This document shows, one piece after another, positions 1 to 8,266 of a DNA stretch of 19,510 nucleotides. Position 1 is the first letter of the stretch. The number at the start of each line of letters is the position of its first letter. The DNA comes from Candidatus Methylomirabilia bacterium (lineage in GTDB: Bacteria > Methylomirabilota > Methylomirabilia > Rokubacteriales > CSP1-6): assembly GCA_041496385.1 (NCBI GenBank), contig JBGQEL010000080.1:1-19510 (forward strand), written 5' to 3'. The translations under genes and the position numbers were made by a program. Below the pieces are notes generated by a model that worked only from the letters and a program-made list of their open reading frames with translations, ran no database searches and had not been told where the DNA came from.

Positions 1-1424
1 CCGTCGAGCGAGAGGCCGACCGGCAGCCCCGTCGTGGGCCCGAGTCCCGCGGGGATCGTCAGCCCGGGAATCCCCGCGTTGCTGCCGGGATCGGTGTTGC
101 GGATGAACCGCAGGAAGGTCCCGAGGCTGCTCGCGTCGGGGCCCTGCGCGACGGCGACGGCCGGCGTGGTCGGCGCGACCAGCGCGTCGATGCCGTGCCG
201 CTGGAACGCGTCGTTGAAGATCTTGAGGAGCGCCGGGCGCGCGTCCTTCATGGCGGCCGCGTACACCGGCGCCGCGTCGACCACGCCGTTGGGGACCGGC
301 AGCTTGCGGGGCAGGACGAGCCCGTCGTAGGTGCCCTTGACGTCCTTGCTCGCGATCTGCGCCGCGACCTGCTCGACGCTCAAGCCCGTCTGGTACTTGT
401 CGAGGTAGGCCTTGAGGTCGTCGTAGGCCTCGTACAGCGCGACCGGGAAGCTGGCCGCGTCGTTCGTCTGCTCGAGCGCCGGCATGTCGATCTCCACGAT
501 GGTGGCGCCCGCCCGCCGGAGCTTGTCGAGCGCGGCCTCCGTGACCGCCCGGGTGTCGGCGTCCAGGTCCTTGAAGAAGTACGCGCGATAGACGCCCAGC
601 CGCACGCCGCGCAGCGCCGCGGGCGCCAGCACGCCCGCGCCCGTGATGACCGAGTCCAGGAGCGCCACGTCGGCGACCGTCCGGGCCATCGGACCGACCG
701 TGTCCCGCGAGTGCGAGATGGGCGTGACGCCCGCCTGGCTGTAGCGGCCGAGCGTCGGCCGCAGCCCCGCGCCGCCGGTCAGCGCCGCGGGAATCCGGAC
801 CGAGCCGCCGGTGTCGCTCCCGAGCCCGCCCGGCGCCAGCCGCGCGGCGATCGCGGCGCCGGTGCCGCTCGAGCTGCCGCCCGCGATGCGCGTCCGATCG
901 TACGGATTGCGCACGCCCATGGGCTGCGCCGTGAAGAAGCCCTCGTTGTAGCCGGAGATGCCGAAGGCGAGCTCGTGCATGTTCGTCTTGCCGAGGATCA
1001 CGGCGCCGGCGCCCACCAGCTTCTGCACGGTGGGCGCGTTCTCCTTGGGGACGAAGCCGCGCAGCGCCGGGGTCCCGGCCGTGTTCGGCAGGCCGGCGAC
1101 GTGCGTGTTGTCCTTCACGACGAGCGGCACGCCCAGCAGGGGGCCGGTCGGCATGCCGCCGGCGCGATCGGCATCCGCCCGCCGCGCGGCGGCCATCGCC
1201 CCGGCGCGATCCAGCGTGACGAAGGCGTTGAGCTGCGGGTTGGCGTCGGCCCGCGTGATGTAGGCCTGCGTCAGCTCCGCGCTGGTGATCTTCTTGTCGC
1301 GGATCAGCTGCGCGGCCTCGGCGACGCCGAGCTGGGTCAGATCGGCCGGGCGTGTCGCGGTGCTCGCGCACCCGGCGGCGGCGAGCGCGAGCGTCAGTGC
1401 GAGTGCGGTGGACCGAATGCGCAT
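1..1424 (-). CDS. Amidase signature family enzyme (indoleacetamide-hydrolase-like), predicted lipoprotein; 3' end runs off the window
   Basis: Not in the ORF track because it has no stop in the window. Translated by hand from ATG 1424, with RBS AAGGAG at 1436-1431: MRIRSTALALTLALAAAGCASTATRPADL...GPLLGVPLVVKDN...GKTNMHELAFGISGYN...RNPYDRTRIAGGSSSGTGAAIAA...GSDTGGSVRIPAAL. This contains the Lys/cis-Ser/Ser amidase motifs and an N-terminal lipobox-like LAAAGC. Confidence 0.93.
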   Translation of the reverse strand, partial: MRIRSTALALTLALAAAGCASTATRPADLTQLGVAEAAQLIRDKKITSAELTQAYITRADANPQLNAFVTLDRAGAMAAARRADADRAGGMPTGPLLGVPLVVKDNTHVAGLPNTAGTPALRGFVPKENAPTVQKLVGAGAVILGKTNMHELAFGISGYNEGFFTAQPMGVRNPYDRTRIAGGSSSGTGAAIAARLAPGGLGSDTGGSVRIPAALTGGAGLRPTLGRYSQAGVTPISHSRDTVGPMARTVADVALLDSVITGAGVLAPAALRGVRLGVYRAYFFKDLDADTRAVTEAALDKLRRAGATIVEIDMPALEQTNDAASFPVALYEAYDDLKAYLDKYQTGLSVEQVAAQIASKDVKGTYDGLVLPRKLPVPNGVVDAAPVYAAAMKDARPALLKIFNDAFQRHGIDALVAPTTPAVAVAQGPDASSLGTFLRFIRNTDPGSNAGIPGLTIPAGLGPTTGLPVGLSLD

Positions 1425-1442
1425 GGTCGTCTCCTTGAGCCG

Positions 1443-2984
1443 TCAGCGGCCGGGCTTGAGGCGGATGTCCTCGTACGGCAGCGTGAACGACATGCCGGTG
1501 ATGAGACCGAACCCCGACTGCTCGATGCGCGGCCCGTACCCGCTCAGGAAGGCCGGCTCGACGATCGGCGCGAACATCACGCGCTCGTGCATGAGCTGCT
1601 GGATCTTGTGCAGGAGCGCCTCGCGCCGCTTCGAGTCGACCTCGACCGCCTGCTCGCGGAACAGCCCATCGATGTCGGGATAGCCGCCGTAGGACCGGAT
1701 GCCGGTCGAGATCACGAAGGCCTCGATGCGCGTGGCCGCGTTCCCCGACGCCGCGCTGCCCGGCCGCACGAGCTTCTTGAAGCGCTTCTCCTGGTCGCCC
1801 TTGTAAAAGGCCGCGCGCTCGAGCGGACGGAGCCTCGCCCGGATGCCCACGGTCAGGAAGTTGTTGATCACCGCCTCGGCGGTCGCCGCGTAGGCCACGT
1901 CGGTGGTCACCTCGCCCGCGTCGAAGCCGCGCGGGTAGCCGGCCTCGGCCAGGAGCTGGCGGGCGCGAGCCGGGTCGTAGGGATATGGCGGCGCGGGCCA
2001 GTAGAACTGGAAGTCGCGGGGGATGATGCTCGAGCTGATCTTGGCGAAGCCGAGGTACTCGGCCTCGTTGAGCGTTTTGCGGTCGATCGCGACGGCGGCC
2101 GCGAGGCGCACGCGGCGATCCGCCCACGGCGACTTCGGATCCCATTGCTCCGTGAAGTTCAGCCACTCGGTGAACGTGGGCGCCGTGGCGCGAAGCGTGA
2201 GCCCGGGCGTCCGGCGCACTTCCTCCGCAAGCGGACCGCGGATCGAGTAGGCGATGTCCGCCTCGCCGCGCTTGAGCATGGCCAGGCGCGTGGAATCGTC
2301 GGGCACCGACCGGAACACGAGCCGCTTCACGCCGGGCGTCTTTCGCCAATAGCTCTCGTTGGCCTCCAGCACCAGCTCGATGCCCGGCGTGAACGACACG
2401 AAACGGTAGGGGCCGGCTCCCACCGGCGCCTTCTTGAAGCCGTCCTCGCCGACGCGCTCGAGGTAGCGCTTGGGCACGATCCAGGCGGCGCCCGTTGCCG
2501 GCGTTCCGTAGAACGTCATGAAGTCCGGCCACGGCTGCTTGAGCCGGATGCGCACGCGCTGCGCGTCCACGACGTCGACGCCCGCCACGCGCTCCCGCAG
2601 GGTCGTCGCGGCGCCGCCGCGGTAGCGCTCGAGCGAGAACTTCACGTCCTCGGCGGAGACGGGATCGCCGTTGTGGAACTTCACGCCCTTGCGGAGGACG
2701 AAGTCGTAGACCAGGCCGTCGCGCGACACGGTCCAGGACTCGGCCAGGCTCGGCGCCGCCGGATTGCCCGGCAGAGGCTTGACCAGGGCGTCGTGCAGCG
2801 CGTAGAGGATCATGAACGGCGTGATGACCGACGGCGTCTCCGCGGGGTCGAACCACGCCGGTGCGAGCGAGACGTGAATCGCCCACGTCATCTCGCCCTC
2901 CGGGGCGGCGACGGCGGGCGCGGCGTCGCCGGCCAGGAGCAGCAGGGCGAGCGCGGCGGCGAGGCGCAGTACGAGATTCTCCAC
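1443..2984 (-). CDS. ABC transporter substrate-binding protein, family 5 (DppA/OppA/NikA-like)
   Basis: PSLAESWTVSRDGLVYDFVLRKGVKFHNGDPVSAEDVKFS family-5 signature, GAGPYRF, RVRLA motifs. Start reassigned from 3263 to GTG 2984, where the signal peptide (VENLVLRLAAALALLLLAGDAAPAVA) begins 7 nt after a -10 box. Confidence 0.92.
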   Translation of the reverse strand: MENLVLRLAAALALLLLAGDAAPAVAAPEGEMTWAIHVSLAPAWFDPAETPSVITPFMILYALHDALVKPLPGNPAAPSLAESWTVSRDGLVYDFVLRKGVKFHNGDPVSAEDVKFSLERYRGGAATTLRERVAGVDVVDAQRVRIRLKQPWPDFMTFYGTPATGAAWIVPKRYLERVGEDGFKKAPVGAGPYRFVSFTPGIELVLEANESYWRKTPGVKRLVFRSVPDDSTRLAMLKRGEADIAYSIRGPLAEEVRRTPGLTLRATAPTFTEWLNFTEQWDPKSPWADRRVRLAAAVAIDRKTLNEAEYLGFAKISSSIIPRDFQFYWPAPPYPYDPARARQLLAEAGYPRGFDAGEVTTDVAYAATAEAVINNFLTVGIRARLRPLERAAFYKGDQEKRFKKLVRPGSAASGNAATRIEAFVISTGIRSYGGYPDIDGLFREQAVEVDSKRREALLHKIQQLMHERVMFAPIVEPAFLSGYGPRIEQSGFGLITGMSFTLPYEDIRLKPGR

Positions 2985-2991
2985 GGGCGCT

Positions 2992-3020
2992 ACGGTAGCG
3001 GGGCGCGGGAGGAGCGTCAA
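2992..3020 (-). promoter_or_regulatory. sigma70-type promoter TTGACG-N17-TACCGT for a probably leaderless SBP transcript
   Basis: Minus strand: TTGACG (3020-3015), 17-nt spacer, TACCGT (2997-2992), 7 nt, GTG 2984. No Shine-Dalgarno in between. Confidence 0.7.
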
Positions 3021-3096
3021 CCGGCTCGAGCCGCGGCACCGGAGCCCGTCGGGACGGGGTAGGATACCCGCACGACCGACGAACAGGAGGTCCGAC

Positions 3097-4638
3097 ATGG
3101 GCCCACGTATAGCCTGGATCGCCCTCGTCTCGCTCGTTCTGATCGCTCTCGCGCCCGTGGAAGTCCGCGCCCAGGGCCAGCCCGACGGCCAGATCACCAT
3201 CGCCTTCGATAGCTCGATCGCGCCCTCGTTCCTCGACCCCGCCGACACGGCCGGGCTCGGCACTCCCTTCGTGTTCCTCTACGCCCTGCACGACGCGCTC
3301 ATCAAGCCGTTGCCCGGCAACGACATGGCGCCCTGCCTGGCCGAGTCGTGGCGGGAGAGCGCCGACGGCCTCACCTACGACTTCAAGCTCCGGGAAGGGC
3401 TCCGGTTCCACAACGGCGATCCCTTCACCGCCGACGACGTGAAGTTCAGCTTCCAGCGGTATCGGGGCACCTCCGCCAAGCTGCTGCACGACCGCGTGAA
3501 GTCGGTCGACGTCGTCGATCCGTACCGCGTGCGGTTCGTGCTCCACGCGCCGTGGCCGGATTTTCTGGTTTTCTACGCCACGCCGGCGACGGGCGCCGCG
3601 TGGATCGTGCCCCGCAAGTACATCGAGAAGGTCGGCGAGGAAAGCTTCAGGCGGCAGCCCGTGGGGCTCGGGCCCTACCGGTTCGTGCGCATGGACCCGG
3701 GCCTGGAGCTCGTGCTCGAGGCGAACGATCAGTACTGGCGCAAGAAGCCCTCGATCAAGCGCGTCGTCATCAAGGGCGTGCCCGACCGCACGACGCGTCT
3801 GGCCATGCTGAAGACCGGCGAGGCGGACATCGGATATCTGATGGTCGGCGTGGAGGCCGCGACGATCAAGGCGGATCCCAAGCTCCGCCTCGCGCAGGTC
3901 ATCCCGACCGCGACCTGGTGGATGGAATTCCCGGAGCAGTGGAAGGCCAAGTCGCCGTGGAGCGACCGCCGCGTGCGGCTGGCGGCGAGCCTGGCCATCG
4001 ACAAGCAGGGCATCAACGAAGCCGAGCGTCTCGGCTTCTCGCGTCTGACGGGATCGATGATCCCGAGCATCATGGAGTTCGCCCTCCGGATCGAGCCGTA
4101 TCCCTACGAGCCCGCCCGCGCCAAGCGTCTCCTCGCCGAGGCCGGCTATCCTGGCGGCTTCGACGCCGGCGACCTGACCCCGCTTCCTCCGTTCACCACG
4201 ATGGGGGAGGCCGTCGCCAACAACCTGGCCGCGGTGGGCATCCGGACGCGCCTGCGCACGATGGAGCGGGTGACCTTCCTCGACTCCTGGCGGGCCAAGA
4301 AGCTCGGGGGCCTGATCGTCAACGCCACGGCGGCCCAGGGCAACGCCGCCTCCCGGATCGAGGCGTTCGTGGTCAGCGGCTCGGCGTACGCCTACGGCGG
4401 CTACCCGGACCTCGACGACCTGTTCCTCCAGCAGGCCCAGGAGCGCGACCGCAAGCGGCGCGAGGCGCTCCTGCACCAGATCCAGCGGCTCATGCATGAG
4501 CGCGTCATGCACGCCCCGATCTTCGAGCCGGCGACGCTCCACGGCGTGGGACCGCGCGTCGAGGAGCCCGCCATCGGTCTGAGCCCGCTCCTCTACATGG
4601 CCGCGCCGTACGAGGAGATGCGCCTCCGGAAGCCATGA
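3097..4638 (+). CDS. ABC transporter substrate-binding protein, family 5
   Basis: RBS AGGAGG upstream, signal peptide ending VRA-Q, LAESWRESADGLTYDFKLREGLRFHNGDPFTADDVKFS signature. Clear paralog of 1443-2984 and 15266-16783. Confidence 0.95.
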   Translation: MGPRIAWIALVSLVLIALAPVEVRAQGQPDGQITIAFDSSIAPSFLDPADTAGLGTPFVFLYALHDALIKPLPGNDMAPCLAESWRESADGLTYDFKLREGLRFHNGDPFTADDVKFSFQRYRGTSAKLLHDRVKSVDVVDPYRVRFVLHAPWPDFLVFYATPATGAAWIVPRKYIEKVGEESFRRQPVGLGPYRFVRMDPGLELVLEANDQYWRKKPSIKRVVIKGVPDRTTRLAMLKTGEADIGYLMVGVEAATIKADPKLRLAQVIPTATWWMEFPEQWKAKSPWSDRRVRLAASLAIDKQGINEAERLGFSRLTGSMIPSIMEFALRIEPYPYEPARAKRLLAEAGYPGGFDAGDLTPLPPFTTMGEAVANNLAAVGIRTRLRTMERVTFLDSWRAKKLGGLIVNATAAQGNAASRIEAFVVSGSAYAYGGYPDLDDLFLQQAQERDRKRREALLHQIQRLMHERVMHAPIFEPATLHGVGPRVEEPAIGLSPLLYMAAPYEEMRLRKP

Positions 4639-4650
4639 GGGGAGGGCGAT

Positions 4651-4677
4651 TGTCGATTCCGGCACCCCCGCGGCGTC
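4651..4677 (+). promoter_or_regulatory. Putative ECF42-type promoter (-35 TGTCGA, 17-nt spacer, -10 CGTC)
   Basis: tgtcga 4651-4656 and cgtc 4674-4677 lie directly upstream of the DGPF gene. This matches the TGTCGA / CG(A/T)C consensus I recall for ECF42 targets. Confidence 0.65.
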
Positions 4678-4704
4678 GTATGAGGTGAGGGGAAAGGAGA
4701 CTTC

Positions 4705-5052
4705 ATGCGTTATCTCTTGATGATCGGTTCAGACGAGAAGGACACGGCCCCGCCGCCCAAGGCCGACATGGAAGCCATGGTGCAAGGGCACGCGCGATTC
4801 GCCGAAGAGCTGCGCAAGTCCGGCAAGATGGTCCACGGCGAACGCCTGCGTCCGGAGGCCGACGCCAGCCGCGTCCGCGTCAAGGCCGGCCAGCGCCAGG
4901 TCATGGACGGCCCGTTCGCGGAGACGAAGGAGGCGCTGGGCGGCTTCTATCTGGTCGAGTGCGACACCCGGCAGGAAGCCCTCGAGTGGGCGAAGAAGAT
5001 CCCGCTCCGCGAGGGTGGCTTCATCGACGTGCGGCCGATCTGGCCCATGTGA
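4705..5052 (+). CDS. YciI/DGPF-family protein
   Basis: MRYLLMI...VMDGPFAETKEALGGFYLVECDTRQEALEWAKKIP...IDVRPI, RBS AAAGGAG. Typical partner of ECF42 sigma factors. Confidence 0.93.
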   Translation: MRYLLMIGSDEKDTAPPPKADMEAMVQGHARFAEELRKSGKMVHGERLRPEADASRVRVKAGQRQVMDGPFAETKEALGGFYLVECDTRQEALEWAKKIPLREGGFIDVRPIWPM

Positions 5053-5090
5053 GGAGTCCGGCGGCGCCGTCGAGCCGGAGGCGCATCGGG

Positions 5091-5096
5091 TAACAT
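5091..5096 (+). promoter_or_regulatory. -10 element TAACAT, 6 nt before the GTG of the ECF gene (leaderless start)
   Basis: taacat-cggccc-GTG(5103). No SD at canonical spacing. Confidence 0.5.
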
Positions 5097-5102
5097 CGGC
5101 CC

Positions 5103-6398
5103 GTGGGGTCCGTCGACCACGGGCAGCGGCCGGACGGGGGCGCGCGGGCGCGCGTCGCGGAGGCATTCCGCGAGGAGTACGCGCGCGTGGTGGCGTCCGT
5201 GCTGCGCATCGTGCGCGACATCGACGCGGCCGAGGAGATCGTCCAGGAGGCCTTCGCGCAGGCGCTCGACCACTGGCCCGCGGAGGGCACGCCCGACCGC
5301 CCGGGCGCCTGGCTCCTCACGACGGCTCGCCGGCGCGCGCTGGATCACCTGCGCCGCGCCCGGCGCGCCGGTGCCCGCGCCGATGCGCTCGCCTACGAGG
5401 CCGCGCTCGGCGCCGTGGACGAGGGCCCCGACGTGAGCGATCCCGAGACGATCCCCGACGACCGGCTCCGGCTGATCTTCACCTGCTGTCATCCGGGCCT
5501 GCCCGCCGACAGCCGCGTGGCCCTCACGCTCCGGCTCGTGGGCGGCCTCTCGACGGTGGAGATCGCGCGGGCCTTCCTGGTGCCCGAGCCCACGGTCGCC
5601 CAGCGGCTCGTGCGCGCCAAGCGGACCATCCGCGACCACGGCCTGCCCTACGAGGTGCCCGAGGGCGCGGAGCTGTCCGAGCGCCTGCCGGCCGTGCTCG
5701 CGGTGGTCTACCTGATCTTCAACGAGGGCTACGCCGCGCACACCGGCGACGCCCTCGTCCGTCACGAGCTCTGCCAGGAGGCAATTCGCCTCGGCGGGAT
5801 GCTCGCCGAGCTGATGCCCGACGAGCCCGAGGTCCTCGGGCTCCTGGCGCTGCTAGAGCTTCAGGCCTCGCGCGCGGCGACGCGCACCGACGACGACGGC
5901 AATCTCGTCCTGCTCGCGGACCAGGATCGCTCCGGCTGGGATCGGGCGCGGATCGCGCGCGGCCTCGCCTGTCTGGAGCGCGCCGGCCCGCTGGCGCGCG
6001 CGGGCCCCTATCAGCTCCAGGCGGCCATCGCCGCGTGTCACGCGCGCGCCCTCTCCTGGGAGGCGACGGACTGGCCCCGGATCGTCGAGCACTACCGCGC
6101 GCTGGCGGAGGCGGCGCCGTCGCCGGTGATCGAGCTGAATCGCGCGGTGGCGATCGGGCTGGCGGAAGGGCCGGCGGCCGGACTCGCGGCGCTCGACCGC
6201 ATGGACGCCGCGGCGCTCCGCGGATACCACCTGCTGCCGGCCGCGCGCGCCGATTTCCTCCGGCGGCTCGAACGGTGGACGGAGGCGGCGGTCGAATACC
6301 GCCGGGCGCTCGAGCTCACCGGCAACGCGCGCGAGCGGACGTTCCTCGCGGCGCGGCTCGCGGCCTGCGAGGCGGGCGGGGGTCCTCGAACCGTGTGA
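5103..6398 (+). CDS. ECF RNA polymerase sigma factor with long TPR-like C-terminal extension (ECF42 group)
   Basis: Region 2 (AEEIVQEAFAQALDHWP..PGAWLLTTARRRALDHLRR), DDRLRLIFTCCHP, region 4 (GGLSTVEIARAFLVPEPTVAQRLVRAK), YLIFNEGY, GPYQLQAAIAACH, SPVIELNRAVA. Lies downstream of a DGPF gene. Confidence 0.93.
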   Translation: MGSVDHGQRPDGGARARVAEAFREEYARVVASVLRIVRDIDAAEEIVQEAFAQALDHWPAEGTPDRPGAWLLTTARRRALDHLRRARRAGARADALAYEAALGAVDEGPDVSDPETIPDDRLRLIFTCCHPGLPADSRVALTLRLVGGLSTVEIARAFLVPEPTVAQRLVRAKRTIRDHGLPYEVPEGAELSERLPAVLAVVYLIFNEGYAAHTGDALVRHELCQEAIRLGGMLAELMPDEPEVLGLLALLELQASRAATRTDDDGNLVLLADQDRSGWDRARIARGLACLERAGPLARAGPYQLQAAIAACHARALSWEATDWPRIVEHYRALAEAAPSPVIELNRAVAIGLAEGPAAGLAALDRMDAAALRGYHLLPAARADFLRRLERWTEAAVEYRRALELTGNARERTFLAARLAACEAGGGPRTV

Positions 6399-6407
6399 GC
6401 GGCGGCG

Positions 6408-8018
6408 CTACTCGCTCAGCCAGACGGTGTCGAGCTGGTTGTTCAGGTAGTGGCTCGGCGTGATGGTCCACCCCCGCACCTTCGCCAGGTGCGGGACGAT
6501 GCGGTGCCACTGAAACGTCATGATGTAGTGCACCTCCTCGTCGTAGAGGCGCTTCTCGAACGCGCGCAGATACTTCCGGCGCTCCTCCGGGCTGGTGGCG
6601 CGCGACTGCTTCTGGTACAGCTCGTCCAGCAGCGTGTCCTTGTGACGGCTGAAGTTCACCGGCGACGTCGTGAGAAACCAGTGGAGATCCATGTCGGGCT
6701 CGACGATGGAGTTGCACGGGGCGTTCGTGGATACCTCGAAGTCGCCCGTCTTCTGCGCCTGGAGCCAGGCCGCCGACTCGAGGACGACCTGGTTCACGGT
6801 GAGCCCGATCTGGCGCCACTGGTCGATGAGCCAGATGCCCACCGGCTGGTAGGGCTGCGGCACGCCGCGATTCAGAAGCGTGAACGACAGGTTCTCGGCC
6901 CCGGCCTCTTTCAGCAGGCGCCGGGCCTCGGCGCGCGCGGCGTTGATGTCACGGCCGTAGCCCGCCAGCTTGGCGAGCTCCTCCGGCGGCGTCGCCCACG
7001 GCGTGCCCGGCACCTGGATGCCGGCGACCTCCTTCACGAGCGCGATCCGCGACAGCGCCTTCGAGCCTTCCCAGCGGTCGAGCGCGAGCGACAGCGCCCG
7101 GCGCACGCGCCGGTCTTCGAACGGCTTCTTCGTCTGGTTGAGGGCCAGCTGGATCGAGCAGTTCCACGGAGTCTCCTGCACCGTGATCTTGCTGCCCAGC
7201 GCGCTCACGAGAGAATCGCGGTCCGCCGGCGTGAATCCGCGGAACTGGATCATGGCGCGCTCGCCGCGGACCGCCGCCACCTGCGCCGAGGCGCTGGGGA
7301 TGAAGATGGCGCGGAAGCCGTCGAGGTAGGGCTTGCCCTTGTCCCAGTAGTCCGGATTCTTCTTGCCGACCCAGTGCGAGCCCCGCACGTACTCCACGAA
7401 CTTGAAGGGCCCGGTGCCCATCACGTTCGTCTCGTACCAGCGGGGGTCCTTGGCGAGGATGTCGGCCTTGTAGATCCAGTTCCAGGGCGACGACAGATTC
7501 GCGAGGAAGGACGCCTCGTGCCACTTCAGGCGGAAGATCACGGTGTCGGGAGACCGTGCCTCCACGGCCTCGACGACCTTGTAGGCGGCCTGGCGGCTCG
7601 AGACCACGTCGCCCTGCGGAAAGATGATGTGGTCGTAGGACGCCTTGACGTCCGCGGGCGTCAGCAGGCTGCCGTCGTGAAACTTCACCCCACGGCGCAG
7701 CTTGAAGGTGTAGGTGCGCCGATCGCTGGAGACGGTCCACGACTCGGCGAGGTCGCCGATGAACCTGGTGCCCGTTCGGTCGAACGGATCCACGCGCATG
7801 AGGGTGTTGTAGTGGGGCGCGCCCGGGTGGAGCATCCCGAACGTCTCCTCCCGGTGGGCGTCGAAGCTCGGTGGCTCGGCGGCGACGACGAAGATCAGCT
7901 CGCCGCCCAAGCGTGGCTTCTCCTGGGCCAGCGCCGGGGCGGCCAGGCCCGGCACGAGCGTGAGCGCGAGAGTGAGACACAAGGGGACCATGACCCCGAT
8001 CCGTTTCCGTGCCGCCAT
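6408..8018 (-). CDS. ABC transporter substrate-binding protein, family 5 (more divergent paralog)
   Basis: GDLAESWTVSSDRRTYTFKLRRGVKFHDGSLLTPADVKASY signature, GTGPFKF, PFEDRRVRRALSLA. Start set at ATG 8018 with RBS GGAGG 8028-8024; signal peptide ends ALA-QEKP. Confidence 0.92.
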   Translation of the reverse strand: MAARKRIGVMVPLCLTLALTLVPGLAAPALAQEKPRLGGELIFVVAAEPPSFDAHREETFGMLHPGAPHYNTLMRVDPFDRTGTRFIGDLAESWTVSSDRRTYTFKLRRGVKFHDGSLLTPADVKASYDHIIFPQGDVVSSRQAAYKVVEAVEARSPDTVIFRLKWHEASFLANLSSPWNWIYKADILAKDPRWYETNVMGTGPFKFVEYVRGSHWVGKKNPDYWDKGKPYLDGFRAIFIPSASAQVAAVRGERAMIQFRGFTPADRDSLVSALGSKITVQETPWNCSIQLALNQTKKPFEDRRVRRALSLALDRWEGSKALSRIALVKEVAGIQVPGTPWATPPEELAKLAGYGRDINAARAEARRLLKEAGAENLSFTLLNRGVPQPYQPVGIWLIDQWRQIGLTVNQVVLESAAWLQAQKTGDFEVSTNAPCNSIVEPDMDLHWFLTTSPVNFSRHKDTLLDELYQKQSRATSPEERRKYLRAFEKRLYDEEVHYIMTFQWHRIVPHLAKVRGWTITPSHYLNNQLDTVWLSE

Positions 8019-8068
8019 CACGACCTCCGCTCGGCGAGCCTGCATTCCCCGGTGTCCGGGTGCGGGGT

Positions 8069-8077
8069 ACGATAGCA
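8069..8077 (-). promoter_or_regulatory. Extended -10 element TGcTATCGT upstream of the SBP gene
   Basis: Minus strand reads TGCTATCGT at 8077-8069, about 50 nt upstream of ATG 8018. Confidence 0.5.
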
Positions 8078-8266
8078 CGCCGCCCAGGAGATCGGCGACG
8101 CTGAGGGCCGCTACGGCAGCGGGGCGCCGGCGGTGATCCGAAGGCGGGGGGGATCGTGCCATCGCCGGCGAGCAACAATCGGAATCCGGGTCGCGGCGAA
8201 GCTGCGCGAAGTCGAGGACACGCTGCGAAGACTGAGTTCGATAGGTAGTAAAAGTGATGCGCAAGA

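Noticed and set aside
195..3062. 955-aa plus-strand ORF
   Set aside because: Antisense shadow of the amidase and SBP genes. It is Arg/Gly/Ala-rich with no family motifs; such long stop-free frames are expected from strong GC codon bias.
2985..3263. N-terminal extension of the 606-aa SBP ORF
   Set aside because: It would overlap the divergent SBP gene and bury the signal peptide. A promoter and GTG at 2984 explain the true start.
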